Shown: positions 1 to 13,715, numbered from the stretch's first letter. The stretch: DNA of 64,000 nt from Vitrella brassicaformis CCMP3155 (GCA_001179505.1 CDMY01000688.1:186001-250000); one strand, 5' to 3'. Numbers and translations are program-made. The notes: generated by a model not told the origin, from the sequence alone.

Positions 1-84
1 ACCGGCAAAATGTGTGTGCCAGCCAATCCACCAGCATAGCACCGACCCACAGACGATGCGTTCTTTTACCCCTTTCTGTGTCAG

Positions 85-1200
85 GGAGACATTGAGAAGT
101 TTGGTTGACCATCTGGTGCAGCTGGTGGAGGAGGGCCAAAGGAAGAGCCAGGTGTCGCAGGAGTGGTTTCCGCAGACCACACAGGAGATCCGGCAGCTCT
201 TCGCAGAACACCACGAGATGCAACACGCCGTAACCACTGACTGCACCAATCCAATGGCAGGAACACTCCTGTCGCCATCACCCCAGCCTCTCGCCTTTGC
301 TGTCCTGTCAGATCCATGGCCTGACGCGCAATCATGTCGAGACGGTGTTGGAGTACCTTGAGCTTCGACGAGAGACGGCGCCGACAGAGATTGGCTCCCC
401 TGTGGCGGGATTCTTCGACTTGAGGACAGACAAGGTGAGATAGATTGGCTGTAAGGCTTTCACGCAGTTAGTTCTGTATGGACACATGTCATGTGTGTGT
501 CACACGTGTGTGTGGTGGCGGTGCGGTCGGCAGTATGAGGACACCAAGTCTGTGGTCGCTGAGTTGGAGGCGCAGAACGCCGACATGAAGCGGATGATCA
601 ACGAGATACACGACAGGACACAACGAAACGAACGGATACAGCAGATCAAAATATGTATGGGCCTACGGGAGGGGGGAGGGGAGTGGGGGATCCACACACA
701 CACACACACACACAGACAGACAGACGTGTTGTTTTTCAGCATCTCTGCAAGACGCCCTGAGCCGCATGGATTGGGACGACCTGAGAGGCCTTGCAGACGA
801 CCGATCGCCCATTGACCTCATCGCCAACCCATTCTACCACAGCGACCCCTTGCTGACTCCTCCCCCTCCCCCTCCCCCTCCCCGACCACAACCCCCTTCC
901 ACCACTGCAGCCGCAGCAGCCGCAGCCTCCGCATCACAGTCCTACTGCCGCACCACACACACAGGGGACGACACCAGATATGCCAACACCAGAGACACTA
1001 GGTATGCGCCGGAGCGACCTGGGCGTCCGGTGGGTTACTACTACCAGAGAGACGACAGAGGGGATAATGACCCGACGCGGCAGTGTCCGAAGACTGGTCT
1101 CGAGCGGTGTCCGGTGCTGAGTTCGCTGCCTCCCTCTCTGGTGCGGGTGGACGAGAGGAGAGCAGAGGCGCAGAGGGAGAGGAGTAGGTGGATGCTCTAG
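85..1200 (+). CDS. 3' part of a spliced gene; unknown protein with a coiled coil and a Pro/Ala-rich tail (5' end lies outside the window)
   Basis: Exons join in frame across GT-AG introns: RETLRSLVDHLVQLVEEG...MQHA | IHGLTRNHVETVLEYLEL...TDK | YEDTKSVVAELEAQNADMKRMINEIHDRTQRNERIQQIKI | SSLQDALSRMDWDDL... to TAG at 1200. No family recognised. Confidence 0.6.
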
Positions 1201-1593
1201 GTAGGTAGGGGCCAGCTGGGCCCAGCTGGTGTGCAGTGTATCTGTCTGTCGGGTTTGTGTTGACGACCGAGGGAGGGAGGACATGCAATTGATTGATCGG
1301 ACATGACATGGATGTGACGTGTGCATTGCAATGTCATGTCGGCAAGTGTGTCAGTCATGGATATTTGCTGTCTGTCTAAGGCTACCCTACCTGGTGCAAC
1401 GCAATGCAACGTCACAAGCTCTTGTACCGCGCACACGCACACAAAGACGCTCTCTCTTCTCTTCTCTGTCTGTCTCTTCTCGTCTCCTACGAACACCGCA
1501 CGTAAGACACACACCAACGCACCGCAGCTTCACGGCCATGGCACGCATAAATGTGTAAAGAATAAGGTAATTCGACCCGCCCACCACCCCCCC

Positions 1594-1893
1594 NNNNNNN
1601 NNNNNNNNNNNNNNNNNNNNNNNNNNNNNNNNNNNNNNNNNNNNNNNNNNNNNNNNNNNNNNNNNNNNNNNNNNNNNNNNNNNNNNNNNNNNNNNNNNNN
1701 NNNNNNNNNNNNNNNNNNNNNNNNNNNNNNNNNNNNNNNNNNNNNNNNNNNNNNNNNNNNNNNNNNNNNNNNNNNNNNNNNNNNNNNNNNNNNNNNNNNN
1801 NNNNNNNNNNNNNNNNNNNNNNNNNNNNNNNNNNNNNNNNNNNNNNNNNNNNNNNNNNNNNNNNNNNNNNNNNNNNNNNNNNNNNNNNNNNNN
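1594..1893. other. Assembly gap (300 N) flanked by C-runs
   Basis: Run of N in the sequence. Confidence 0.99.
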
Positions 1894-1930
1894 CCCTCTG
1901 TCTGTACAAATGACACACTCAGTCACTCAC

Positions 1931-4900
1931 TCAGTCATCCACCCTATCGCACGGCTGCGGCAGCCCCAGCTCGAGGTCGATCGACACCACTCGCTCAGCA
2001 GCAGCATCGTCAGCTGCACCTTGACCCTGCCACTGCTGCTGCTGGTGGTGCTGCTGCTGATCTATCGCCTCCTCCCTCCTTGTCTCTTGTGGTACCACAC
2101 CAGCACCGACCATCCATGGGTTCACCAACCCTCCCTGTGGCTCTCTCGGCGACGGCAGCGCCTCGCTCCCTCGCCGCACCAGACGCTCAGGACCCCTCTG
2201 CACAAATGCCATCCCGCCACCCCCACCACCCCCACCACCTCCAGCAATCCTATCTCTCTCCTCTGCTGGGGGCGAGGGCACCGAGCTATCGGTCGGGATG
2301 TCCACCGGCGGCACATTCCCCTTGGCTAAGCCCTCAAAGAGCTGCGCCTGCTCTCTCTCCCCCTCTCTCTCCCTCTCCTCCTGCTGGTGCTGCTGGTGCT
2401 GCTGTGGGTGGGGGAAGAATGACACTGACGCATACTCTTGGTGGTCGAGAGACGGTGCGCTCCACGGCATCTCGGCGGGAGGCGGTGTAAAGGCGGGGCC
2501 GCCGCTGACATTGCCGCGATAAGACTTGGCAACGATGGTGGCCTCCTTCGGGTCTTCCCTGCTGATGCCGGGCGCGCCTCTCCTGCCCCTCAAAACAAGC
2601 CTTGGTCGGCTGCTGTCAGGCGAGAGGCTGTTGGGCAGGTTGAGCAGCGGCATCGTCACGGAGGACACAAGATCTTGCGATGCCGGGGAGAAGGGTGGTG
2701 GCGCAGCGGGGCTCTCCTTGGCCGCGGGGTCGGCGACACGTTCGCTCATCGGTGAGGCCCCCCGCCCTTGGCTGCCCGTCTCGCTCGTCCCTTGTAGTGG
2801 CTGTGGCTGTGACAACACCCCTGCAGCACCACTAGCACCAGCACCGACAGCAGCAGCAGCTGCTGCTGCTGCTGCTGTGGGTGACTCCTCCGCCCCGCTC
2901 TCTGTGTTGATGGTGGGGTCCGATATCGGCCGCAGCATCGGAGTCGTGTTCGAGACCTCCTCTCTGCTGCTGCTCACGGCCGGGAAGAACGACGGCGGCG
3001 ACCCCGACCCACTCATGGGCGTGAAATACTCCTCCCGAATCGCCGCAGCACCAGCAGCAGTAGGCCTGACGTGCAGCGGTGACGGCGCACGTGGTGGGAC
3101 CAGAGGCAGCCGTGGCGGCGGGCTCGGTGACGGCCCGGAGCTGCAACAGCTGGCAGAGGAGCCACCATCTGACGCGACAAGAGGCCCAACGGTGGCCAGG
3201 CCTGGTTGGCGATCGGCTTGTGACGGGACCGATAGCATGCCGTAGGAGTGCGGCGGCATCGTCATAATGGGCGTCGTTGGTGCAGGCAGGTGCATCCCCA
3301 CACCGCCCCAGTAAACCGGAGGGTTCATGAGAACGATCGTCGACGGCGGTGGGGGGTGGGCCAATGGCGGCTGATGCTGCTGGGGCTGCTGGGGCTGTGG
3401 GTGTGAGTGTGGGTGGGGATGGGTGGTGGTCTCACTGTCCGTCTGCACGCCTACAGTCTGCCCCTCTCTTCGTGGTCGTTGCCGCCGCTCCCGTTCCTCA
3501 GACGGCTCTCGTCTGCTCCTCCCCCTCTCAGTCATCATGCGAGCAGAAGTGCCCGGCATCCGGTCACGCAGAGGTGACGGCCCACCCAGCCGCACAGCCG
3601 TCACCGCCGGACTCGGCTCACGTGTGTCCGCAGGCCCAGGCCCAGCCCTGCCCCTCTCCTCATCCCCCTCTCTCTCTCCCTGCTGTTCAAGACTCCTCCG
3701 AAGGTCCATCTCTAGTGCACGGGAAGCCTCCAAGCTCGCCGAGAGGGTCAGGCTGTCGGCCAGGTCAACGGCCGTCCGGGTGCCGACCCGGCCCTGGCTG
3801 GAAAAGTCAGTGGGCGACGCTCTGCTGTCCATTGCAGGGGGTAATGGTGGTGGGGAGAGTTTGTCTGGTCGGGCTGGCGAGCCGTTCGAGCGAGAGAGGA
3901 ATGAGATGGACGTGGTAGGGGATCCCTGCTGCTCGACGCCGCCATCGACGTTGGGCTGCTCGGTCCGGTAAGACTGAAACCGCTGCCGATGCTCGCCGTT
4001 GTCCCCCCCAAAGCCACAGCCGGCACTCCTCTCTGATGACACGTTGGATATGGATGTGGACACGTGACCAGTCTCGCGCGACGGCACCCGCATGTGAGCA
4101 GGCGGCTGCGGCAAGAGCCCCCTCAACTCCGATGTGCGCATCCGCTGCTCTGGCGGCATGTCGCGAATGGGCCCCCTCTCGGGCGGGAAGGAATGTCCTC
4201 GTGCGGGCGGGATGGTCACACGCAGACGGCCGGGTGGCGGGGGGGAGGTCGGGATGGTGGTGGGGTGGTCGATTGGCGTGACGAGACTCACGTCACCGCT
4301 GCTGGATTCCCGGCTGGACTCGTCGGCCAGAGGGGGAAAGAGGTGCTGGCGGGATGGATAGGTGTGTGGGTGCGAGCGGGGCAGCGGTAGCTCGGGCAAG
4401 TTGTCCGTCTGGATGGTCAGCTCCCGCCTGATCGCTCCCCGCTGACCATCACCACCAGCACCGCCGTCGCTTGCCTCTCGATCCTCTCCTTCCCGCTCCT
4501 GCGCATCCCTCTGCCTCAACGACCGCATTATCTCCTCTATCTCGGCAAGCCGACCGCCCTCACCGTCTCCCTCACCCTCTCCCTCTCCCCCGTCGCCGTC
4601 GTCCTCCACCACTCGGGGCGAGTGGGTCGGTGGCGACAGCGGCGTCACCCTCTGCTGCCGTGCGCCACCGTCGGCGGCATCTCTCTCCTGTGGCGGCGAT
4701 CCGATGGCCCCGTTGCTGTGCAGCGGCGCTGGCCGGGCGGTCTCGGGTGTGGGGCCGGACGATGGTCGGAGCATGGCCGAGGCGGGTGAAGCCGCGTGTG
4801 TGGTGACGATGTGGCTCGAGACGGGCACAAGGGGCGCCTTACCCGCAGTGGGGGCTGATGCTTTGCTGCCCTGCCGGTGCGGGACCTGGGTGAAGGGGAG

Positions 4901-6775
4901 AGAGGTGGGGATGGCCACGGCTGCTGTGTCTGACGGCAGGGCAGATTGTGGTGCAGGGTCGTCAGCAGGGTCGTCGAGGAACCCCAGCCTGTCGATCGAT
5001 GAACCAATCAGAGCAGAGAGAGCCTGTGAATGGCAACCGACCTGCCTGGCTGCGCCATCTCCCCACCTCTGCTTGATCCGCCAAATGATCTGCTCGGGCG
5101 ACTCCCGCGCCACTTGTGACAGCTCGCCCTCCCTATCCGCCGCCACAGCAGCACCAGCAGCGGGCGATGTCGGCGCTGCAGACGGCGGCTCGAGCGCGGC
5201 CAGGGGAGAGGGCGGCAGTGGAGAGAGAGAAGAGAGTGGCGGTTGCTTCTGCAGGTCTTGTATCAGCCGCTGCATGGCTAGGTGTGGGTCGGGGGGCGAC
5301 GGGGGCTGCGATGCTCGCTGTGACGATGGTTCTGCGGGCTGCTGTGCCACCTACAGAAAGGTCACATCACACGTGGATGGGATGGAAGGCTCTCTGTGTC
5401 ATGCAGTGGATGTGTGTACCTTACCTGCCCGGCGAAGTGTCTTCTCCACTTGTCCAGTATGTCCTCCACCGAAGCCGTCGACGCCCTCACCACCACGTCC
5501 TCCGACCCCTCCTCACCGGTCGCCCCTGCCGCTGCCGCTCCCTCCTCCTCTTCCGCCTCTGTCGTTTGCGTCTGAATGGCCGCCTCCACCCCGACCGGCT
5601 TGTCAAGCGGCTCAATGGACACGTCCATCTTGCCAACCACCTCATATGTGATACCCTCTGGCGCCTGCGGCTGGGGCTGCTGCCGGGGCACAAGGGCCTC
5701 TTGCCGCTGCGCTGTTGGTCCTGGTGGCGTTCGTGCGGGGGGCGTCTTCGGCCGTGGGCGGGGCGGGGTCCTTCCCTCTCGCTGCTTCACGTCCCTCTCG
5801 CGCCTGGCGGCTCTCTCCTCCCGCTCTCGGATCTCTCGCTCGTGCCGCCGTTCTCTCTCCCTGTCCCTCTCCCTCTCTCTCTCCCGTCCGTCTGTGGCTG
5901 TGGCTGTGGCCTGTCCGTGGCCATTGTCCTCCACGGCCATTGTCGTGTTGGTGCCACTGAGCACTGACGGTAGATCCACAGGTGTGGACCGGCTGTGAAG
6001 TGCGATGGCTCGGCCGGGCACCTCAAGCAGCACCCCCTCGCCTCGTTTGGGTGTCCGCGCCGAACGGCCCGCCGTAGTGCCTCCCCTCGCCCATGGATTG
6101 CTCTGAGCACCCTGTGGCTGCGGCCGTCCGTCTGTCGCTGTGTCTTGTGGCCGCTTCCACGACGACCGCCGGATCACTCGGTTGTACCTGCCCTCCTGCT
6201 CCACCTCTGTCACCGCCCGCAGCGGACTCCTCTCCCTCTGCCGTGTCCTGCTGGGCGGAGGGGAGGGCGAGAGGGGCAGATCTTCGTGTTTGGTGTGTTT
6301 GGGTGCAGGCGAGGTGGCCTCTTTCTGCTGTGATCTGAGCTGCGGCGGCCGCAGACGTGTGGGCGAAGGGGAGCTGGGGGCGGGGGGAGGGGGAGATGGC
6401 GTTTTGTGGTTGGAATCCGGGTCTTCTCGCTGCGTGTGTGGATGGGGATGGGATGTCAGTGTGGTTCTCTCCTTCGGTCTGTCAGGTGCCGCTGTGCGAG
6501 GTGCCTCTGCTGGAGCAGATGGCTGCTGCGCCGATGGCGGCGGCTGACGAGCTGTAGATAAGCCTTGCCTGCAGCCAGATGCACACAACACACGGAGAGG
6601 AGAGAGCCATGCTTTGCTGTCAGTCGAAAGTGCTGATGAGATGCATCAGCGGAGAGGAGATCATCATCCCACCTCACCTTTCCCGAATGTGCTGCCGCAG
6701 CTGCTGTATTCGCTGGTAGAGTGGCCGTGCGTTGGGCGGGACGCTCCCCGACGATGAGGCCGACTGGCCGTCCAT
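1931..6775 (-). CDS. Large (~1,570 aa), mostly disordered Pro/Ser/Ala-rich protein with short helical or coiled-coil patches; unknown function
   Basis: ATG at 6775 (MDGQSASSSGSVPPNARPLYQRIQQLRQHIRE) splices in frame (GAAAG|gtgagg...ctgcag|GCAAGG) into the 5362-6591 ORF, then (GGGCAG|gtaagg...ctgtag|GTG) into the 1,139-aa ORF 1931-5350. The true 3' end may be affected by the adjacent gap. Confidence 0.7.
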
Positions 6776-7104
6776 CGCCCCCTTTGACCTCCTACTCACC
6801 CCACGCGATGGATGGAGGCCGGAAGAATGCAGATTGCGCCCAATCCGACGGCTGAAAACGACGACGAGCAACCGGATAGAAGCGATTACACACAAATGGC
6901 GTCCAGACGTCCAGATGCAGCGTGTTTACAGATGGGGGAAGATCACCTGACGTTTGTTGACGCCTTTGGATGACGGGGTAGGCTTGTGACGGTCACCATC
7001 TGCGAGAGCCGCTGTCTGGTAGTGATTCGTCGGTGCTTTCGGTGCTTTGCCTCTTCTGTCTGTCCGACGGTTCGGTTCTTGCCGCATATAGCTCTTTCGG
7101 CCTC

Positions 7105-8262
7105 ATGGCGGAGGCGATAGGGATGATGGAGGGCGTAAGTGGACTCAGTGGACAGACAGAACAGTGGCAGTGGCAGTAGTGGTCCATGCGATTTAATTTG
7201 TGTGCCACCTCCTGTGGGTTGCTGTTGTCAGGCCTTTTTCGTGCCGCGGGGCGAGTTGCTGAGGTGGGTCAACAACACGTTCGGGCTCAGCCTCACCAAA
7301 GTGGAGCAGTGCGCGTCAGGTAAGGCCGGGCGGACGGACGTCACGCCACACGCTCCGGGCTCTCTCGCCTGCCTGCCTGGGATCCATCCATCCATGCATC
7401 CATCCATCCGTGTGTCTGTCGTGTCTGTCAGGTGCGGTGTACATTCAGATCATGGACGCCATCCTGCCCGGCAAAGTGCCCATGAGCAAGGTGGGGATCC
7501 AGGATGGTGGCTCGCCGATGTCTGTGGATGTCTGTGTGTGTGTGTGTGTGTGTGTTGCAATGCATTGGGGTGTGTGTGTGTGTAGGTGAATTGGATGGCC
7601 AAGCACGAGTACGAGTTCGTCAAGAACTACAAGGTGCTCCAGGCCATATTCGACAAGAATAACATCACCAAGGTACCCCTGGCAGACACACGCACATCCA
7701 TCCATCCATCCCGTGTGTATCGTTGCTGCAGCACATAGAGGTGGAGAAGCTGACCAAGGGCAAGTACCAGGACAACCTAGAGATGCTCCAGTGGATGAAG
7801 GCCTACTTCGACAGGTAGGTACCCCTCCCCATCCACACCATCCACACCGTCAACGGGCCCTTGTTGTTTGTGTCATGTGTTCAGGACGGCCAAGGGCGAC
7901 ATCGCATACGACCCATATGAAAGACGCAGAGGTCCGACAACCACACCACACCACAATACACACACACACACACGCATCCACATACATCACACACGTCAAT
8001 CCGTCCGTCCGCTGTCTGTCTGTGTCTTCCTTCAGGCATGCCCGTGCCCGACTGGGTGAAGACCAGCGACAGCGGGTCAGGGGCAGGGGCAGGTGCCGGC
8101 CGGAAGGACAGCGGCGTCGTCCCTCCCGCCCGCCGCATCCAGAAGAGCAACACCGTACCCGACACAAAGACACCACACACCACAACGGATAACGACACCA
8201 AAGACGAAACAGACACCCGTAACCAGCCCCTCACACCCCTACACACACAGACCGACACACAC

Positions 8263-8293
<31 letters not shown>

Positions 8294-9275
8294 TCCAGCC
8301 TTCTCCCTTTCTCCATCCATCCAGTGGCCAAGTCGTCGGTAGCTTCCAAGGCGGCCCCCAAGGCGGCGATATCGAAGCGGCCACCCAAGGCCAAGCCCTC
8401 CGACGAGCACTTGGGGGCGGGAGGTGCCGGCGGGCCGGGTGCGGGTGGTGGGGGTGTAGCCGTTGGCGTTAAGGCCGGCGCCAAGAAGGTGGATAAAGAC
8501 GCGGGAGCGGGAGGGGGAGGGGGCGGGGCGGCGGCCGCCATCAATGGGGACGACTTGTCTGCGTGTAGGACATACAGACAGACAGAGAGAGGCAGGCCGG
8601 CAGCCCTTGTGGCGTTGGTTCGCTCCATCTCTCTCTCTCTCTCTGTTTTGATGGTGCATGCAGTGCGGAAGAAGGTGTGTGGGTATGAGGAGATGGTCCG
8701 TGAGTGGGAGGACGAGAGGGCGGCGTTCGTGCAGGAGCGGACGGCCAAGGACGCCATGCTAGAGGGACTCGAGAAGGAACGAGACTTCTACTTCGGTCCA
8801 CACACACACACACACACACACAACAGAGAGAGAGAGAGAGATACAATCAATAAAGCCACCCCAGATGCCGATCATGATGCCGTCCGTGTACGTGTGTGCG
8901 TGCAGGCAAGTTGCGCGACATCGAGATTTTGTGCCAGACCGAGGGCAAGACCGCCCTCGACGTGCAGACCATCCAGGAGATACTGTCAGGACACAAACCA
9001 ACCATTCCCCCCACCTCACCTCACCCCCCCACACACAGCCCGTCCGCCTCTCTTTCTGTGTGGTTGCCCTCTCTCTCAGGTACAAGACTGACGATGAGGA
9101 GGGCGACGAGGGCGGCGAGGTGTTGGCCAATGGCGACAGCGGCAACGGCAGTGGCAACGGCAGTGGCAGTGGCAGTGGCGGTGGCGATGCGAGCAACGCA
9201 CAGGAGCAGGCGCAGCACGCCGCCATGGTGAACGGAGACACCAAGAGGCCGCCCATGCCGCAGGACTCATTCTGA
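7105..9275 (+). CDS. EB1: Microtubule plus-end binding protein EB1 (RP/EB family): CH domain, linker, EB1 coiled-coil/EBH domain, acidic tail; about 10 exons
   Basis: Spliced product MAEAIGMMEG|AFFVPRGELLRWVNNTFGLSLTKVEQCASG|AVYIQIMDAILPGKVPMSK|VNWMAKHEYEFVKNYKVLQAIFDKNNITK|HIEVEKLTKGKYQDNLEMLQWMKAYFD...LEKERDFYFG|KLRDIEILCQ...IQEIL|YKTDDEE. These are diagnostic EB1 motifs. Confidence 0.97.
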
Positions 9276-10031
9276 CCGACATAGAGCATAGGCACAGATA
9301 CCCCACAGCACACCAGGTCATAGAGTGGGTGGCGGAGAGCAAGGGTGAAATACATGTTGTTGTGTGTATGTGTGTGTGCTTGTAGTGTATGCAGGTGTTT
9401 GTAGGGGCGGTGGGTGGGCGGGCACCCGTATGGCAGCCCTCACCTCGTAGCTGATGTTGAAAGCTTGGGGGTCGGCGGTTGGTGGAGGGGCGCATGAGGT
9501 CGGTAGCTCGTTGCCCGACCCGACCTACTTGTGAGTGACGATTGACTGACTGACTGATTGACTGCATGACTGAGAATCTGTTTGCTCAAACCAACCCGTA
9601 GCTGGCCCAAAGACACATCTATCTGCGTCATATATTTCGTGAATACACGTGTGATCCAATTCATGCTGGCCGTCTCATTGAAATGACCCCACACAGCCAG
9701 GCCAGGCCAGGCCAGGCCACCCCTCTGCAAAAGTGATGGATGCACTGCACACCAGGCACTCAACAGCCAGCAGTCACCAATAATCATTCTCGGATCGCCG
9801 CCGGCCGATTTCGCACACAGCAACCCGAGTCACATCAGTCACGACAAACCTCAGCGTGAATCGAATCCCCGCCACACTTGTGTGTGCCGGTATGCCCACC
9901 ACCTCCACCCTCTTGGAGTGGCACCCTTCGTTGAGACCGTGCCAAGATGGTGCAGGCGAAGGACATACCATCCCTCACACGTGTGTCAGACAGACGAAAA
10001 GACACGCTGGAGGACAGTGAAGCTATCTATC

Positions 10032-10331
10032 NNNNNNNNNNNNNNNNNNNNNNNNNNNNNNNNNNNNNNNNNNNNNNNNNNNNNNNNNNNNNNNNNNNNN
10101 NNNNNNNNNNNNNNNNNNNNNNNNNNNNNNNNNNNNNNNNNNNNNNNNNNNNNNNNNNNNNNNNNNNNNNNNNNNNNNNNNNNNNNNNNNNNNNNNNNNN
10201 NNNNNNNNNNNNNNNNNNNNNNNNNNNNNNNNNNNNNNNNNNNNNNNNNNNNNNNNNNNNNNNNNNNNNNNNNNNNNNNNNNNNNNNNNNNNNNNNNNNN
10301 NNNNNNNNNNNNNNNNNNNNNNNNNNNNNNN
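10032..10331. other. Assembly gap (300 N) followed by a poly-C run
   Basis: Run of N in the sequence. Confidence 0.99.
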
Positions 10332-10365
10332 CCCCCCCCCCCCCCCCGGACATGAGCCCCACCCA

Positions 10366-11117
10366 CTAACTCGCTGGCTCATGCAGACGAACCTCGCCAC
10401 ACTCACTCATGTGCACACACCACCTGGACGGACCGGACCATAGGCAGGCGGTGGAGTGGACGGACGGACGGACACGCCGTGTGCAGCACACACAGCCCGT
10501 CTGGCGTGCCCTTAATCACATGTGGCGCGCTCAGACGTCTGGTGCACCACGTCAGATGCGGCCAGCTTGTCGATCAGCGGCTTCGGCTCCCTCTTCACCT
10601 GCAAGGATGCCATCCATATTATCCACATGTATGTGTGTGTGTGTGTGTGTGTTGTCTCTCTCCAACTTACGCACCTACCAGCGCCTGTTGCCACACGCGA
10701 GGGTCGCTACGCGCCAGCCGAAGCACACTGAACAGACAGAGGGATGAAGGCATGTGCCAAGGACAGACCGACCAGGCAGTGTTACTGACCTCGGTCCTTG
10801 GGAGGGAGGGACACGCAGCCATTGCTCCTCAGGACGGCCATTTTGTTTGGCCTGGCAGTCGCCCTCCACTGCAGACAGCATCTACCATACCAGCAACACG
10901 CGATGGATGGCTCAACGCCCTGCAGGGCCCGGCAGCCATCCACACGAACGAAACACAGCAGAGATCTGACTGACATCTCTGTGTATGTGAGGTGGTTGCA
11001 GACCTGTCCATCCGCTCTTTCATCTTCTGTGAGGGCTGCTCAGCTCCACGGAGGTGCGGACACGGCGCTCATCATCACCTGGGCTGATTGTTGGTCGCCG
11101 TCGAATGTAACCATCAT
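10366..11117 (-). CDS. Putative small multi-exon protein of unknown function
   Basis: A chain of short exons with GT-AG boundaries can be joined in one frame (MMVTFDGDQQSAQ|KMKERMDR|ALSHPSRVA|VEGDCQAKQNGRPEEQWLRVPPSQGP|SVLRLARSDPRVWQQAL|VKREPKPLIDKLAASDVVHQT|WCVHMSECGEVRLHEPAS*). No homology recognised. Confidence 0.35.
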
Positions 11118-11392
11118 CTCATCGTTTTCGCTCTGAAGTTGGTCGGATCAAGATCACCGACGAGGGTCATCACTACGCCGCGCCATCACGGACCGCCACA
11201 AAGCGACGCAGCACCTTCAAGTTGAGCTCGCAAGCTCGCCGATTGGAGCAACGCAAAGTAAGGACCGCTGTGCGTCGTCCAGTGTGTCGTTTGACGTGTG
11301 TTGAGGTCCGTATCGAAGCGAAGCGAATACTGGCTCGCCCGTTCCTTGTGCCCCGTGGTTTGTTGGTTTGTTTGTCGTCTGGCGTCGGGGCG

Positions 11393-12317
11393 ATGTCGGC
11401 CAACGAGCGTCCGATCCAGTTGACGTTTCTGACGACCAAGGCGGGGTTCGCGCAGACGTGCCGCATTGAGGCGGACGAGGGCGAGACGCTGCAGAGCATC
11501 ATCGAGACGAAGCTCAAGACGATGCTGCTGGTGTGGCAGATAGCGATAGACAAGGCGGACGTGAAGCTCTTCAAGATTAGGGACGGCAGGGACCCAATCC
11601 AGCTCGATGTCAAGCTGCCTGTGGCCGGCAACGGGCTCGTTCAGTCGGACACCATCAAAGGTACGTCGGTGTCTGAGCGGGCAGACGGGCGCGGGAGAAG
11701 GAGAAGAAAGGGCAGGTGTGTGTGCGTGTTGTCACCGTGTGTGTTGTGTGTGTGTTAACTGCAGTTGTGGAGGAGCCGCGTGACGACGACCCTTTGGGTG
11801 AGGGGCTGGACAAGAGCGGGGAGGCCTACGACCTCGCTCCGGTGCCATCAGACCAGTTCGGCGTAGAGGACGTTGAGGTAACGAACGACCAGACACCCCG
11901 CACACGACACAGCAAACACACCATCATCACCCTCCCATCAGTGTGTCCGTCTGCTTCTCTCTCTCGTCCATTTGTCAGTGGAGGAGTCGCAACCAGTTGC
12001 GTGCGCAGCAGCTGGCGGCCATGGCCCCCGGGCAGGTCATCCACGCGCGGCGCGTCATCAACGACGAGATATGCGACGACTATGATGAGGAGGACCAGCA
12101 CGAGGCGCACCCAGAGTGGGACACCGACGAGCCCAACGAGGGAGGGGGCGAGTGGGGGGAGGGGGAGGGCGAGGGGATGGGGGAGGGCGAGGGGATGGGG
12201 ATGGGGGAGGGGGCGGGGGCGGGAGAGGGCGAGTACTTGCCCGACCCATCGCAACACCCATATGGCGTGCCCGAGGCTGAGTATGTGAGTGCGCCGCCAA
12301 ATGGCCATGGAGAGTGA
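11393..12317 (+). CDS. Small protein with a possible ubiquitin-like (beta-grasp) N-terminal domain and an acidic, Gly-Glu-rich C-terminus; 3 exons
   Basis: MSANERPIQLTFLTTKAGFAQTCRIEADEGETLQSIIETKLK...VKLFKIRDGRDPIQLDVKLPVAGNGLVQSDTIK has Ubl-like length and beta/alpha pattern. Two GT-AG introns keep the frame to TGA at 12317. Confidence 0.6.
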
Positions 12318-13715
12318 AAGAGTGTGACTAAAGGACGGCCGCTGGCTCCCTCGTCGCGTGCAGTGGGCCATTTTTTGGGGGCACGGGTAGAGTAGATGGA
12401 GGGACGGAGGGGTGGAGGGGCGTCCGTGTGTGTGTGTCTGTGTGCGTGTGGTATTGCGTGTCGCATGTGGGAGAACACAGCTTTTGAATAAAGAGGGAGG
12501 GAGGGAGGGAGGGGTGTGCATATAACAAACATAAAAGACACACGCGTCCACATACATCTGTGCAGATCAGATTCGATTGTTACCCTCTCGGCCTTCCTTG
12601 ACGTGATATTTGTTTCCGTGACTTGCTTGCGTCCTTTCCTTCACCTGTCTGGCAGCCACGCAATGCACCACGCTCCAACAGCAGCATGGTGCATTGCGTC
12701 GCCGGCAGTCGGGCGAAGGAGGGGACACGTGCAAGACGGCGAATGGAGATGAACAAACAGACAGACAGACAGACAGACACACACACAGACACTCAGAGCT
12801 GGCTTGAACTCTCTCTCTCTGTGTTGTGTTGTTGGTCTTGATCGTCCATGGCTGCTTTCGCGCCTCCATGCAGGAGTGTCTGCGCTTCTGACTGGAGTTA
12901 CGGAAGTCGCCCTGGATTCTCAGGTCTGCAACACACGTGCAGGAAGCGAGAAATGGTATGGCCCATTTTTTGTACTTTCTGCGATTCTCTCTGCTGCACG
13001 TCCCTCCCTCCCTCCCTCCCTCCCTCTCTCCCTGCCGTGTTCATGGCGATGATACCTACATACCGACCCACCCCGATTCCCTCCCTCCTCTCACTGTGCA
13101 GTCCACACCATCAGTCAGTCAACTCATGGCTTCCCTCCCTCTCTCTCTCTCTCTGTCTGCCTTCCATTTCATTGCATTCCATTCCATTGTACGGTGCGTG
13201 ACAGACCTGTGAGTGACCTACACACGATATGTGAAGACGACAAGAACGATCACACACAGACAGACACACGGAACGCGTGGACGTCTGGCTGTCTGCGTGT
13301 GTCTGTCTGTGTGTGTGTGTGTGGTTTTGTGTTGGTACGTGTCCGTCCCTCGGGTGTAAAGCTGTCTTGTGTGTTGCTGCTAGCTCTGACCGAGAGGGGC
13401 ATGTGTGGAGGGGAGGGGTGTGGGGTCCATTCCTGTGTGCGAGCGGACATTGTGAATTCAATGGCGCCTTAAATTCGCCCTCATCCATCGCGACTGACTG
13501 CTCAGTGCTCCCTCTTTCCATAAAGACTCCACAATGACGTACGTGTCCATCCTCCATCCATCCACTCCATCCATCAGTCACACCCCCGTCCACCCAGAGG
13601 CTACGCTCGTGTGAAGACACACTCATCAGTGAGTGCATTGAGACAAATACATACAGCTGACCCTCCCTCTCGTCGTTTGCGGAAGCCAGCACATCCATCC
13701 ATCCATCCATCCACA

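Noticed and set aside
6993-7208. Minus-strand ORF whose ATG overlaps the EB1 ATG in a CATG palindrome
   Set aside because: It does not splice cleanly into the downstream gene, whose better start is at 6775. Probably promoter or UTR sequence.
12750-13550. Scattered splice-site-bounded segments that might form a small minus-strand gene
   Set aside because: I could not build a consistent reading frame.
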